Assembly: GCF_964355755.1 (NCBI RefSeq)
Contig: NC_092679.1
Location: 11,081,432-11,145,431 of the forward strand
Length of the DNA stretch: 64,000 nucleotides
Origin: Antedon mediterranea
Lineage: Eukaryota; Animalia; Echinodermata
Reading direction: 5' to 3'
Below the pieces are notes generated by a model, which saw nothing but the letters and a program-made list of their open reading frames with translations, was not told the DNA's origin and did not search any database. The position numbers and the translations under genes were made by a program. Below, piece by piece: positions 1-12,179 of the stretch. Each line of letters starts with the position of its first letter. Position 1 is the first letter of the stretch.

Positions 1-502
1 ATATAAATATATACATTTTAAATATTTTAGTGAAAAAATCAACACTCTAGCATTAGCGGTTTTCGAGATATGGCAACGCTGTAATTTCACTCCCTAATTT
101 GCATATTTAATATTACTTGTACTACTAATTTGCATACTTTCGAGGTGCATGACGAAGTTGTGATTTTTAGGAATTATAATACAGTTCTATGGTGGGTATT
201 GAAAAACAATATCCAAGTCATTGAGTCCAAAATAAAGTCTCTACAGACATTTTAATCACATATTTATGTAAATATTGAGAAATGGGGTCAAGGGTCAAAA
301 TTTGGTACTTCTGGACATTTTTATGTAAAATGTCTCATTAGAGCAAATATAAATATATATATATTCTGAACCAGACTGTGCAAAAATGAACTCATGAATG
401 CTCAAAAAATAATCACCTTATCATATGTAACCATTTAAAAAAAAAAAATCTCTGTTTGCAATTTGTTTCACTCAAAATGCTAGATTGACTAGCCTACTAG
501 TA

Positions 503-1249
503 TCTACATCACTGAAAACAGCAAACCACAGTTCCACAAGCCAAGAAATGTCCCATATTCAATGAGGGACAAGGTCGAAAAAGAGCTTGGACGACTACAA
601 AATCAAGAGATTATTAGCCCTGTGAAATACAGCGAATGGGCAGCTCCCATTGTACCTGTACTGAAGAAGTCAGGGCAAGTTAGAATCTGTGGTGACTTTA
701 AAGTTACAATTAATCCTGTGATGAAAGTAGAACAGTACCCATTACCTAAAATAGAAGATATCTTTGCATCTCTAGCAGGAAGTCCGAAATTTACAAAAAT
801 TGACCTTAAACAAGCATATTTACAGATGGAAGACACTTCAAAGGAACTGTTAACTATTAATACGCATAGGGTTATTTAGATATAACCGACTTCCATTTGG
901 TGTAGCCTCAGCTCCTGCAATCTGGCAAAGAGCGATGGACCAGGTACTGCAAAATGTACCCTTTAAATCTTGCATATTGGATGATATGATCATCAGCGGA
1001 AAAACAACTGAGGAACACTTAAAAAACTTGGACACAGTTTTAGAGAGATTAGAGAAATACAACTTAAATCGTGAGAAATGTGAGTTTTTCAAAGAAGACA
1101 TCACATACTGTGGTCATGTGATAACTGAAAAAGGGTTACAGAAATCCCCTGACAAGATACATGCAGTTATGAATGCGCCAAAACCTGAAAACAAACAGCA
1201 AATGCGATCATTCTTGGGTTTAATAAATTACTATCGTAGGTTTTTGTAG
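503..1249 (+). pseudogene. pol: Ty3/Gypsy pol fragment (reverse transcriptase), frameshifted
   Basis: ORFs 562-879 and 935-1249: SEWAAPIVPVLKK, RICGDFK, YPLPKIEDIF, KIDLKQAYLQ, RLPFGVASAPAIWQ, ILDDMII, FLGLINYY. Truncated at both ends. Confidence 0.9.
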
Positions 1250-1589
1250 GGATAGGGATAAAACGAGTAGGGATAAAACTTTTTCTCGGCACGCTTGCAT
1301 ATGATCACACATGGCCAGCATATCAAGGATCACATAACCCCAAAAAACAACAAATTGCTCTGTAGGAACTTCACACACATTATTATATTTGCATGTGTGC
1401 GCTCAGCGCGTAGAAGTTATGCAAATTGCTGTTGTTGTAAAATATAGCGAACGCGCAACAAGCGATTTCTCTCTGCGTCAAGTTTTCAACAAAAAAACAT
1501 CAACATTTTATAAGCAAACCATTAGCGAGTTTTTACAAGTTTAACGATAATTAGTTGTCCTAATTATTAGCACTATTACATTACCACCG

Positions 1590-2840
1590 ATGGCTAAACG
1601 GCCTTTGATGCTGTTAAGGTAGCACTTGCAGAGGCAACTTATCTGAAGCATCCTGATTCATCCGCCACATTATGTTTAATGGTTGATGCATCTAACTTTG
1701 CGGTTGGTGGTGTGCTACAACAGATGGTAAAAGACGTTTTATTTTTTTCATCCTCACAGATCACAAACCGCTCACATTTGCACTGAAAGCAAGCTCGGAC
1801 CGCTACTCACCTTGAGAAATTCGTACCACCGATGTCCGACACACTAAGGGTTCGCAAAACGAAGTTGCATACGCATTATCTCGCATCAAACACCTTAAAC
1901 ACACCTGTCCTTACTGCAAAGTCGTCAGATGTCATTGACTTCACCGTCATGGCCGAGCAGCAGAAGAATAATGAGGAGTTAATTTGTCATTTGCAGGAGT
2001 CGACTTTTGATTTGCAGACGCACCAATAGCCATCAGTGATGGAACTATTGTATGTGACATAAGTACGGCACTCCTTGACCTTTTGTCCCTAAGGAGTTGC
2101 GCAGGGCCGTTTTTGATTTGTAACATTCACTATCGCATCCTGGAATTAGGGCTACATTAAAGTTAGTGAGATCGATACGTTTGGTCTAGCATGAATCGCA
2201 ACGTACGTAACTGGGCGAAGTGTTGTGTTCAGTTTCAAAAGGCAAAAGTACATCGCCACACTATTACACCGGAACTTTTGCCACGCCAGACGCGCGTTTC
2301 GATCATGTCCACATCGACCTTGTTTGTCCGCTTCCACCGTCTGATGGAAACAGTTACCTATTGACATGCATTGACCGTTTTACGAGATGGGTAGAAGCCA
2401 TACCTATTCCCAATCTTTCGGCAGCGACTATCGCTAAAGCTTTCGTTTGTAAATAGGTGTCTATGTTTGGGGCACTATCGACCATTACTACCGATCGTGG
2501 CAGCCAGTTTGAATCGCTGTTTATTGCGCTAGTGAACTGGGTACGAAACGCATACACACTACATCATACCACCCAATAGTCAATGGATTAGTAGAAATGT
2601 TCCATCACTTAAAGGTTCGCTTAAGGCCCTCGACGAGCCTCAGCTATTTATTTATTTATTAGTACTTCTTGGTCTTCGTGGCTATCGTCGGCAGTTTTCG
2701 GCACCACGTTACGTTTGCCAGGGCAGTTTGTTATGCCTTCTTCCACTAATGCTGACTTGGACCCTAGTAACTATGTTCATCGCCTGCAGCGCATTATGCA
2801 GAACATACGTCCAACACCGACGCAACACAATTCTCGTAAG
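1590..2840 (+). pseudogene. pol: Degraded Gypsy RNase H-integrase fragment, same lineage as the 46-50 kb element
   Basis: LMVDASNFAVGGVLQQ; LSHPGIRAT; [29 protein letters not shown]; TTDRGSQFES. Multiple stops and frameshifts. Confidence 0.88.
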
Positions 2841-2859
2841 GTACACTACCTAGAAAATA

Positions 2860-3852
2860 CTTCTGCTGGAATGGATTAAAAAACTGGGAGGTTGGATTCA
2901 CTGTTAAGGTTGTAATCGGAGGTCAAGGTTCCAATAATTGGAAAACGTTTTCCAAGCAGCAGAGAAATCAGATCAGAGTGAGAAGAATAAGGTATATTGT
3001 ATGTACGACTCGCCACATTTGCTTAAAAGCGTCAGAAATAATCTAAAGCAACATACAATTATCATGGACAATCATGAGATCAAATGGAAGTATATTGTTG
3101 ATTTCTACAACAATGATTCAAAATTGCCACTTAGAATTGCACCAAAACTCACATCAAAACATGTAGAACTTCCCCCGTTCTCTCCAATGAGAGTTTGTCT
3201 TGCAGCACAAGTGTTAAGTCATTCAATATCGTCAGGAATCTTAACCTACACTTCATTAGGAAAATTGCCTCCAGAAGCAGTTTACACAGCAGAATTCATA
3301 GACAAAATTAATCAGTTGTTTGATTCTTTCAACTCAAGAAAAATGTAAGATGCCAAGACATACCGAAGAGCAACTAAGGTTGATTCTCCTCACGCCAAAT
3401 TTTGGAAGGAGTGTGTTGAAGGGCTTGAAGATAAAAGATGGGTTCATTTCACGTATCGTTTGTATGAGTGGATGGATACAAACAATTAATGCCGTTCTTT
3501 TATTGTTTAATGAATTAGTCATTGAAGGTACTGTAGTTTTTATTTTCTCCTCCGTTTGAATCAGGACTGCTTAGAAAATTTGTTCTCCATGATAAGACAG
3601 AGAGGTGGACATAGAGACAATCCCACCCCAAATGAATTTCGAGCTGCACTCAGGCAAATTATGAGGAACAAGATGATGGCTCCTTTGGGCAACTCAAATT
3701 GTCAGCCAGACGACGATGTGCTCTTTGATCTTTCAGACTCAACATTTTCCAAACAAACAAATGATTTAGTGAAAGACTGTGATGATCGAGAGGATACTGC
3801 TAGTAGGTCTATTCAATTTGAGTGGAATCAGTTAAATTATATTGTAGACTAA
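2860..3852 (+). pseudogene. P-element/THAP9-like transposase fragment
   Basis: YDSPHLLKSVRNNL, IKWKYI, APKLT.KHV..PF..MRV.LAAQVLSHS, FDSFNS, NQDCLENLFSMIRQRGGHRDNPT are P-superfamily transposase motifs. Broken into three ORFs. Confidence 0.88.
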
Positions 3853-3949
3853 CCTCATGTTGTTAAAGTTTTCCGTCTTCCGACATTACGCTTTCCACAA
3901 TTTGTTTCCATTTTTTTCTGTTTATGGCAGGATGGTTTGTTATTGTGTT

Positions 3950-4475
3950 AGTGTTTAGTAGTCCTTGTAAGTCTTTCTTTATTTCTTTATTTGATTCATC
4001 CAGTTATTTCTTGGTCTTCCTACGGGTCGTTTTACTTTCCTGTTAGTTTCCTTCATTGTTTGTTTGATTGGGGTATCATCCGGTAATCTAATTATGTGTC
4101 CATACCATTTTAGTCTCCTTCGTTTAATTCTTTTACTCCATTTTTCTTGTTTTGTTATCTCGTATATTTTCGTGTTACACACTCTATCTGTTAATGTAAT
4201 ATCTATCATCTTTCGCAACATTTTCCTGTGATATCTATACTCTCTTGTAATTTTTTGTTTAGTACCCAGAGTTCACTGTTATATAAGAAAATACTTGCTA
4301 TGTATGCGTCAAACAAACAGGATTTCACGTCTATAGACATCGTTTTGTGTTCTAGCAACGACTTCAGCTTGTTATATGCCAGAGCTGCTAGTGATTTTCT
4401 TCTTTTAATGTCTTTTTCTGTGTCCAAGTTACTACCGAGGTATTTGCATTCTTCCCTAACCTCATATGAGCACAA
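3950..4475 (-). pseudogene. RTE-like LINE C-terminal RT fragment
   Basis: KYLGS...DIKRR, SIFLYNSELW, KRRRLKWYGHIIRL, KRPVGRPR..W. Confidence 0.8.
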
Positions 4476-4987
4476 TTGTGTATGTCAGTGGGTATCTTGG
4501 CAAGAAAGTTCTGGCGAATCATGATTGAAGTGTGTGTAAGGAAGCCCTAATAAACAAAAGTGATATCTTGCAACATCAAAGCCAACTTACAGCAATTTCA
4601 TAATTTTTCTTTTCATAAATTACCTGCTATGATAGTCCTAGTCATGATAGCACCAATAATAAGTGATTTGGAGGAGATTTGCACAGGTTTTTTTTACACA
4701 AACAATGATGTTTTATTAGTATACCCAAAAAATGATGTTTTTTGCCCCCCAAAAAAAGCCAACTTAGAGCAATTTCATATTTTTTTGTCAATAAATGTGT
4801 GTCTTTTTCAGTTTATATATTTGTATATACCGTAATATCAATGATAATGATAGAACCAATAATAAGTGATTTGGAGGAAGTTTGCAGAGTGTTTTTTTTT
4901 AAGTTTACACGATTTACACTGTAAAATCTGACATTTTTTAAATCAAATTTTCGTTTTTCATGAAGGTGAAAAATAAACGTTGAAACT

Positions 4988-5028
4988 TACCAACGTTTCG
5001 TGCGTTAGCATCGCACTTTCTCAAGGTA
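4988..5028 (-). ncRNA. Minimal type I hammerhead ribozyme motif (left arm)
   Basis: Reverse complement of the motif at 5119-5159. Confidence 0.6.
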
Positions 5029-5118
5029 GTGGTGTCAGCTTGGTTTGCCGACACTGATCATGGCATAGTCACGTGATCACATGCCATGATCAGTGTCTGC
5101 AAACCAAGCTGACACCAC

Positions 5119-5159
5119 TACCTTGAGAAAGTGCGATGCTAACGCACGAAACGTTGGTA
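5119..5159 (+). ncRNA. Minimal type I hammerhead ribozyme motif (U3-A8 core variant)
   Basis: UACC UUGAGAA a GUGCG augcuaa CGCAC GAAACGUU GGUA: stem I UACC/GGUA, stem II GUGCG/CGCAC, palindromic stem III ACGU. Confidence 0.6.
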
Positions 5160-5792
5160 AGTTTCAACGTTTATTTTTCACCTTCATGAAAAACGAAAAT
5201 TTGATTTCAAAAATATTTTGGGAAGGAGATAAATTTTTTAAATTTTATCCGAAAATCTGACATTTTACCAAAAAAATGATGTTTTTCGCCCCAAAAAAAG
5301 CCAACTTTGTGCAGGGTTTTTTTAAGCTTTGCGCTTGGTTTGCGCATTTGAGCAATACCCCTTGTGTTTTGTTTTTTTGTTTGGTTTTTTTTTTATCTTG
5401 TGGTTAATCACCACTCTTATTCATTTAATGTTTCGTAAACAACAATTTTCAAAATTTTTTCGCTATTTTCTTATTTTTATCCTCTTTAATATTAATAATA
5501 ATTTTAATATTTTGGCCTATACGTAGTACCCAATGTTTTCTTAATGTATATATTTGTTTTGTCTAAAATATATGTTTACTACATTATTTTCTGCATATTT
5601 TTTTGTTATGTTATCTATTATACCTGTACATAATATATTGCATATTTAATAAAAAGTTGTTTACTTATGAAACGTTTGTTAACTTATTTATCATAATTTG
5701 TGTATCTTTTTCAGTTTATATATTTGTATATATATATATAATATCAACACATTCACATTCACACACACCGTATATATATAGAAATACATACC

Positions 5793-6372
5793 ATATTATA
5801 CAGATATTGCCTGCTTAGAGGTGAAATGTAAGATTTGACATCCCCAAGGGAATGATATTATGTTCAAGGGAATATATATTTCCTGAAGCGCAGCTGAGGG
5901 AAATATATAATTCCCCAGGAACATATCATCCCGAGGGGATGTTAAATCTTATATTTTACCGATATAAAAGGCGATATCCGTTATATTACATAGCCAACAA
6001 CAAGTAGAATATCTGCTGGGTTGTCGGGTAGCTAGGCTAGGCCTCCTTTTTGTATTGTATGTAAACAAGCTGCCTAGACACCTTACCTTGCGAAGAATAA
6101 TATACAGATAATTACTAATTAATGATTCCTTGGCAATAAAATATTCACTAGCCTAGTTCGTTTAAATAATAACTGAAGAATTTCCATCATTAATAATAAT
6201 AATAATATCAGGTAGGCCGAAAAAATAATAATTCGTCTTCTTCGAGCCGAATCACCGGATGTTCAGTGCGTCGCGCGCGTACCGGTTACTAATGTGAATA
6301 TTAACCAATCACAAACGGTCTTTCGTAACATCTAGGGAGGACTAATAACAAATGAGGGCGCTATGTATGCAT
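5793..6372. mobile_element. Putative non-autonomous element with ~200-bp terminal imperfect hairpin
   Basis: Arms 5800-5885 and 5895-5985 pair around GCGCAGC. A short inverted pair TACATAGC (~5987) / GCTATGTA (~6360) follows. Family uncertain, possibly Crypton-like. Confidence 0.4.
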
Positions 6373-6504
6373 AGTTTAAATAGTTTAGTTGATTAGTTTG
6401 CTATTTCCATAGTTTTGTTTTTATTAGAGGTTTTGAAGAATTATCATGAATTCGATAAAAGTTCACATTGCAGCAAGGAATTTTGTCTGGTTTGATTCGG
6501 ACAG

Positions 6505-6828
6505 GATGATTGATTGATTGAAATATATATTTATACTGGGTAACCTCTTCAGTCAAAGACTGGTCTCCCAGAGGGCCCAGTTGGTGATCAGTGGCAGTGA
6601 TGTACTAATACACCGGGGTAACCCCCTACTCGTCTCGAAAGATGTACTAGGTTCTTTAAAGTGCACACGAGCTAGATGTGTACACTGGACCTACGGTTTA
6701 TAGTCCTTATCCGAGAAGACTCGTTCTACCACCAGAACCATGGAGTGAGTGAGCCTTGAACCCATGCCGATGTTATGGCTACGTAATTACGGTTCCACTG
6801 TCTTAACCGCTCGGCCACTCACTCACTC
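6505..6828 (-). mobile_element. tRNA-derived SINE with Deu/Nin-type central core
   Basis: Minus strand: A box TGGCCGAGCGG, B box GGTTCAAG; core GATAAGGACTATAAACCGTAGGTCC...GCACTTTAAAGAACC...GAGTAGGGG..CCCCGG; LINE-like tail ending in (TCAA)n. Confidence 0.78.
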
Positions 6829-7039
6829 AGGATAAAGATCTTTAATAAAATAGCTATGACAACAAGTTCTAGATTAGATGGGCACAAATGCTGCCTTACC
6901 GATATTTTGCAATATTGTACCAAATACTCATCATCTGAAATCTGCAAACATTACTTTACGTAATAAATATACATACACTACATATCATCAGTTTTGTCCT
7001 GTTTTTAATGGATGGAACCTGCCACCTCCTGATTGACAT

Positions 7040-8095
7040 GATGTATGTTTTCTTATAACAGGTTGACTTGCAATGTCACCATAACACCTACCGTATCCAC
7101 GGTCCTCAACAGCTGACCTGAAGAAAGGTTCTAAAAACACCAAATGTCCGAGCACAATGTTTGTCATAGTAAAGAGGACAGCTGACAGTCGTCGTCAAAA
7201 CAGGTAAGCATGATTGTTTTTATGTAAATTAAAAGACATAATAAGTATATTTTAAACTTCAAGGTCTATAGAAACAAGTAAAAATGCTTGAAGCATTCCA
7301 ATTTGTCCGGGCTGCTTAGTTTCTTTTAGTTTACTTTTAGTTTACTTTTATTCTTTTAGCAGGTAAATAAAAAACATATATGCATGATAAGTGGTTTTCA
7401 AGGGGTTTTTAGGAAACATGGTCTTCCCCGATGTCAGAAATTTTGAGGGCATTTGAGGCCATCCCTTGGAAAACTGCTTTATAACAACCTGAAAATCGAC
7501 TGAATTGATAATAAAAATTTTGGTTTATTTCAAGAAATCTGCTCGGTACTCCCAAAAGACCAGAGAGGGTATATGAAGAGATAAAGTATTCCTGATTCTA
7601 TTCAATGCAAAATAAGTAAAAAGCAAGTATTTATAGTATGCAAGCGACAAAAAATGTATACCTAATTTTTGGTATGATTTTAGGTTATTTTACAAGGAAT
7701 TCAGGACACACCATGGAGACACCGATGGAGCAAAAATGATGCTATTCTTTGACAAAAAGGTTCAAGATTTTAATGAGAACCACAATGATGAATGCGTAAA
7801 ACTAGAGACAACCGGTGATGGCCAGACCATCATTGTTATTTGCACACCCCTTATGAAGCGAGTGCACTCTATGTGGAAAATCAGTAAAGAGATGGTTTTT
7901 GTGGACTCCTCTGGCAACATGGATTGCCAGAACTGCAGAGTCTTTTTATTGCTGAGACATAGCCCTGCTAGTGCTCTTCCACTTGGTGTTTTAATAAGAT
8001 AAGTCCACTTTAACTGCCTTCAAGCTGCTTCATTCAATTTTACCACAGAGTGCTTTCTTCAATGCAAGTAATGGTCCAGGTACATTTACTGCTTT
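7040..8095 (+). pseudogene. Intron-containing MULE/SWIM-like transposase relic
   Basis: VICTPLMKRVH...MVFVDSSGNMD..NCRVFLL..HS...LPLGVLI (7736-8002). Upstream exon-like block KNTKCPSTM is bounded by an acceptor at ~7061 and the donor CAG|GTAAGC at 7203. Confidence 0.6.
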
Positions 8096-9479
8096 AGCTC
8101 TTGAATGCCTTATCTGTAAACAGTCATTCCATAAATGCTGTATACCTGTTATTACAATGTTGATTTAATATTTTACTGCTCATTTTGTCTTGAAAGTGCA
8201 CTCCCTTTTAATCATATAATTAAAGATGATGAATTCCTTTATGAAATTCATCAGCTTAAATATGATCATACCATTGATTGTTTGTATATGAAATCTTTAC
8301 ACTTAAACCTGTTTGAAGCCAATGACATTAGTTCTATTGCTGATTATCTTATGTCGATTAATCATGAATTTGACATAACAGATTTCTCTAAAACATGGTT
8401 TGATAATAACAACAAACCTCCACCCTTAACACACATTACAGGGTACAGTATTGTTCAAACGGACAGGCGACATAAAGGAGGAGGAGGGGTTGCATTATAT
8501 ATAAAAGATACCCTTAACTATCAAATCAGAGAGGACTTAAATTTACCTTCTACATCATATGAATCAATGTTCGTGGAAATTGAAACTAAACCTAAAAACA
8601 AATTATAGGAATTGTTTATCGAGCAGTCGAACCATTCTTAGATTATATTTCAAAAAATACTGAACTTATTTCTAATGAAAAAAAACTTGCTTATATCTGT
8701 GGCGATTTTAACTATGACTTGATGAAATTATCTGGTCCAACAGCTAAATTCCTTAATTATATGTATTCAAATTCTTTTTCCCCCTTATTGATAAACCGAC
8801 ATGAGTCAATACAAACAATGCATTCCTCATAGATAACATTTTCACCAATATATTAAATAACATATTTTATCTGGCATTTTATTTACTGATGTCACTGATC
8901 ATTTTCCGATATTTACATTAAAAGATGATATTATTTTGAATACTGAACAAAAATACATTTATTGTAGGAAAATTAATAGTAAAACTATTTTTGAATTGGG
9001 TATACAACTTAATGAAACTGACTGGGGCGACGTCTTTAATGTTATAAATTGCTGTAATAAAGCTTATGATATATTTTTTAGTAATTTTTCCAAAGCTTAT
9101 GACAGTCACATTAAAATAACTAAAAAGAAAATAAATAGAAGAAAAGAAAGAAAACCATGGATCACTTCGGCCATAATAAAATCAATAAATACCAGGAATA
9201 GACTGCATAAACAATTCTTAAAAACTAATCATATATCGGCTAAAAATAAATATAACAAATATCGTAATAAATTGACACATTTAATTCGTATATCATGCCA
9301 GAAATATTATGGTAATAAATTTAATTTATATAAAAATTATTTTAAGCAAACATGGAAAAATATAAACAAAATAATGGGTAAAAATAAAGAAAAATCTGCA
9401 GTTTTTTCTTAAAAATAAGATTACAGATGGAAATGAAATTTCCAATTTGTTTAAATGTATATTTTAATAATATAGGTAA

Positions 9480-9988
9480 CTAGCAATTATACCCGCCCCA
9501 GAGCGGGTTTTAAAATTAGTTTAAACCTTTCTCAGTATATATAGCACCCGATGCCAGTAACTCATTATACTCAATAACACCCCACACTCTTTTCTGAAAA
9601 CAAATTCTTCCCAGGACAAATTCAACTTCAGCTTTAAATTGAGAGGCGTATACATAGCTACGATAGGCCTATGGTTTCAGTGTATATAAATAGGTGTCAT
9701 ACTGGCTGATAATTAATATATCTAATTTTGATACTGCGTTCCCAAGCCTTCTTTCTTCTCTCACCATCCCAGCCCCTAATTTGGATCCTAGATGGCGGAT
9801 GATGTTCAAATATAGTAGTAGAACACAGTAAACAACGTGTATATGTTCACACAGGAATGGATGTCTATAGAGACAATCCAAGAGACCAGTACATAGCTGG
9901 ATATGGTTAAAGTACTTTGCTAAATGTGTAAATGAATAGGTGTCATATTGGTTACTGATTAAAAAATATGTATATCTATATAGATAGA
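9480..9988 (-). mobile_element. Non-autonomous canonical Helitron
   Basis: On the minus strand it starts A|TCTATCTATATAG and ends with the hairpin ACCCGC/GCGGGT (9491-9508) followed by CTAG|T. Confidence 0.6.
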
Positions 9989-9994
9989 TAGAAA

Positions 9995-10385
9995 TCTTTC
10001 TTTATTCTGGATATTCATTCAATATTTGTAAATTGTTCTTCCTTGAAGTCCAGTTAACACAATAAAAATGGAAAATTATGAAAACGACTACAATATCACA
10101 AGAAGCAAGAGAAAAAAACAGTAATAGATCAAATTTTTAAACGATTGCAAAGTTAATGAATTTATAGAGCTGCGAATATCTGGTGAAAGATTATTCCAGA
10201 GTTTGACTGAGCGGTATTGAAATGTTCTTTTACCAGAATCATTATGCCATTTTGGTAAGACTAAAGTGTTTTTCGATTTGCTTCTTGTATTTAAATTATG
10301 ATAATTATCAATAAAATCATAAAAATCAATTAGGTAATCGGGAACATTACCTGTTAAACATTTAAAAGTCATTATCGCTGAGGAT
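9995..10385 (-). mobile_element. L2/CR1-like LINE 3' end
   Basis: FKCLTGNVPDYL...HNLNTRS...GKRTFQYRSVKLWNNL, then a 3' UTR with AATAAA. Confidence 0.75.
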
Positions 10386-11559
10386 AATTCCAATACAGTA
10401 AAACTTTTGTAGTATAATTTTACATTTCGATAGCCTACAACCCCGAGCCCAAGCAAAAATGACATTACAAACCAAACTATATATTATTTGCTGATGATAC
10501 AAATATTTTTTTATCCCATAAAAATATTAATACACTTTTTGAAACACTTAACAGGGAATTACTGTGTGTCTTGGATTGGTTCAAGGCTAATAAACTATCG
10601 CTGAATATTGATCAAACTAATTTTTCATATTTTGAAAGTGACAGAAGACACGTCCGAGGGAATAAAAATAATTTAAAAATAAAAATTGATAATCTCTTAA
10701 TTAAAGAAAAACAACATACAAATTTTCTTGGAATCACAATTGACACCCAATTTAACTGGAAACAGCAATTAACTAAAATTACTAATCAGGTTTCAAGGAA
10801 TATTGGAGTAATGAGAAAACTTCAATATATTTTACCAACAAATATTCTTTTTTCATTATATAATACCATGGTTCTTCCATATTTGTCATATTGTAATTTG
10901 TTATGGGGAACTATTACAAATAAACATTTTCAATGCCCATTACTACTACGGTAACTACAAAGTTGGACCATCTCTTTAAATTACAGAAAAAAGCGCTTCG
11001 TATTTGTTCTAAATCAACTTATCTAGCCCATACCAAACCACTCTTTTTAAAATTTAAAACATTAAATATATTTGATATCAATAGTTTGCAATCTGCTTTC
11101 TTTATGTACAAATACGAAAATAATAAACTCCCAAAATCATTTAATAAATCATTTATGAAACATAGTCAACTACATAGTTATAATACACGCAATGCAAATG
11201 ATTATCTTTTACCTAAATGTACAAACAGTTTGATCAAGAACTCTATTAAATACCAAGAAGCTAAATTATGAAATTCAATCCATGTAGATATTAAAAATGT
11301 ATCTACAACTTCTAAATTTAAATTAGTATACAAGAACTATTTACTTTCAAGATATGATGAACGTTAAATATATATATTTTATAAGACCAGTTAAGATTGG
11401 ATAATATGGTTTAAATAGAAATTGTAGCTTTGTTTTCTTTTATTTATTATTAGTTTATGTATATTTTATTTTCTTTTTTGTATTCAATGTTATATCTTAG
11501 GGTGGGTCAAACTTAAAGTCTCCCACATAATCACTTCATTGCATTTATGTATGTATTTT

Positions 11560-12178
11560 ATTTTTGAAATCAAATTTTCGTTTTTCATGAAGGTGAAAAA
11601 TAAACGTTGAAACTTACCAACGTTTCGTGCGTTAGCATCGCACTTTCTCAAGGTAGTGGTGTCAGCTTGGTTTGCCGACACTGATCATGGCATAGTCACG
11701 TGATGTTGTTGTGACATGCGCCCTCTCTGAGTTATTTCTTGAAAACCTCTGGGTGAATCCCAGAGGGGTCCGCCCTGGCCGGCCGTCTCACTTCTAACAG
11801 GTCATCATATATGTGTGGCAGCCACTTTCCTCCTTGGTCTCTGTTCATGTTGTTCTCAGTTTTTCTAATTGAAATTGCTTCTTGCCATCCTCTCTTGTTG
11901 ATGTTTCCCTCTTTCTTTAACACTTTCGCCTCCCAATTAGGTGTATGGTTTTCCTTTATAGCATGGTCTGTGATTGCAGATTTATGTGTAATGTTTGATT
12001 GTGACATTCTGCTTGACCTTGTCATGACTCCTTTCGTGTGATCTTCTACATCTTTTTTATGTTCTTTTATTCTGTTTCCCAGTTTTCTACCAGTTAAGTT
12101 GCAATTCATGCAGGGTACACCATACACTACTCCACTTGTGTCCTCCGGCTTAATCTTATCTTTTGGGTGTACTATATT
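11560..12178 (-). mobile_element. Penelope-like element 3' part: GIY-YIG endonuclease remnant plus pseudo-LTR
   Basis: HPKDKI..GVVYGVPC.NC..TGR.L..RIKEH..SAITDH...H..EAISI..NRDQG (YIG motif deleted). The downstream pLTR contains a hammerhead motif. Confidence 0.88.
11615..11655 (-). ncRNA. Minimal hammerhead ribozyme motif in Penelope pLTR
   Basis: Identical to the motif at 4988-5028 and in sense with the GIY-YIG ORF. Confidence 0.62.
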
Positions 12179-12179
12179 T

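Larger units (their letters stand above)
4933..5214. mobile_element. Inverted pair of Penelope pseudo-LTR fragments (~280-bp palindrome)
   Basis: Near-perfect ~135-bp arms centred at ~5073. The arm matches 11562-11703, which abuts a GIY-YIG ORF. AAAATCTGACATTTT is directly repeated at 4923-4937 and 5252-5266. Confidence 0.85.
4550..5310. repeat. Degenerate ~185-bp tandem repeat interrupted by a Penelope-derived palindrome
   Basis: AAAGCCAACTT and CCAATAATAAGTGATTTGGAGG recur at ~4578/4755/5297 and ~4652/4857. Confidence 0.6.
8100..11365 (+). mobile_element. Degraded CR1/L2-group LINE ORF2 (Cys-rich, AP endonuclease, RT), internally deleted and interrupted at 9480-10465
   Basis: GGGVALYIK, GDFN, IDNIFTN, DVTDHFPIF, KPWIT, FADDT (10488), WFKANKLSLN, FLGI.ID, LQKKALRI, HSYNTR. 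Confidence 0.85.

Noticed and set aside
1-500. Possible DNA-transposon terminus ending ...GACTAGCCTACTA
   Set aside because: The partner end is outside the window, so no TIR or TSD can be verified.
4560-5818. Short hydrophobic ORFs as membrane proteins
   Set aside because: They arise from T-rich low-complexity repeats and mostly use non-ATG starts.
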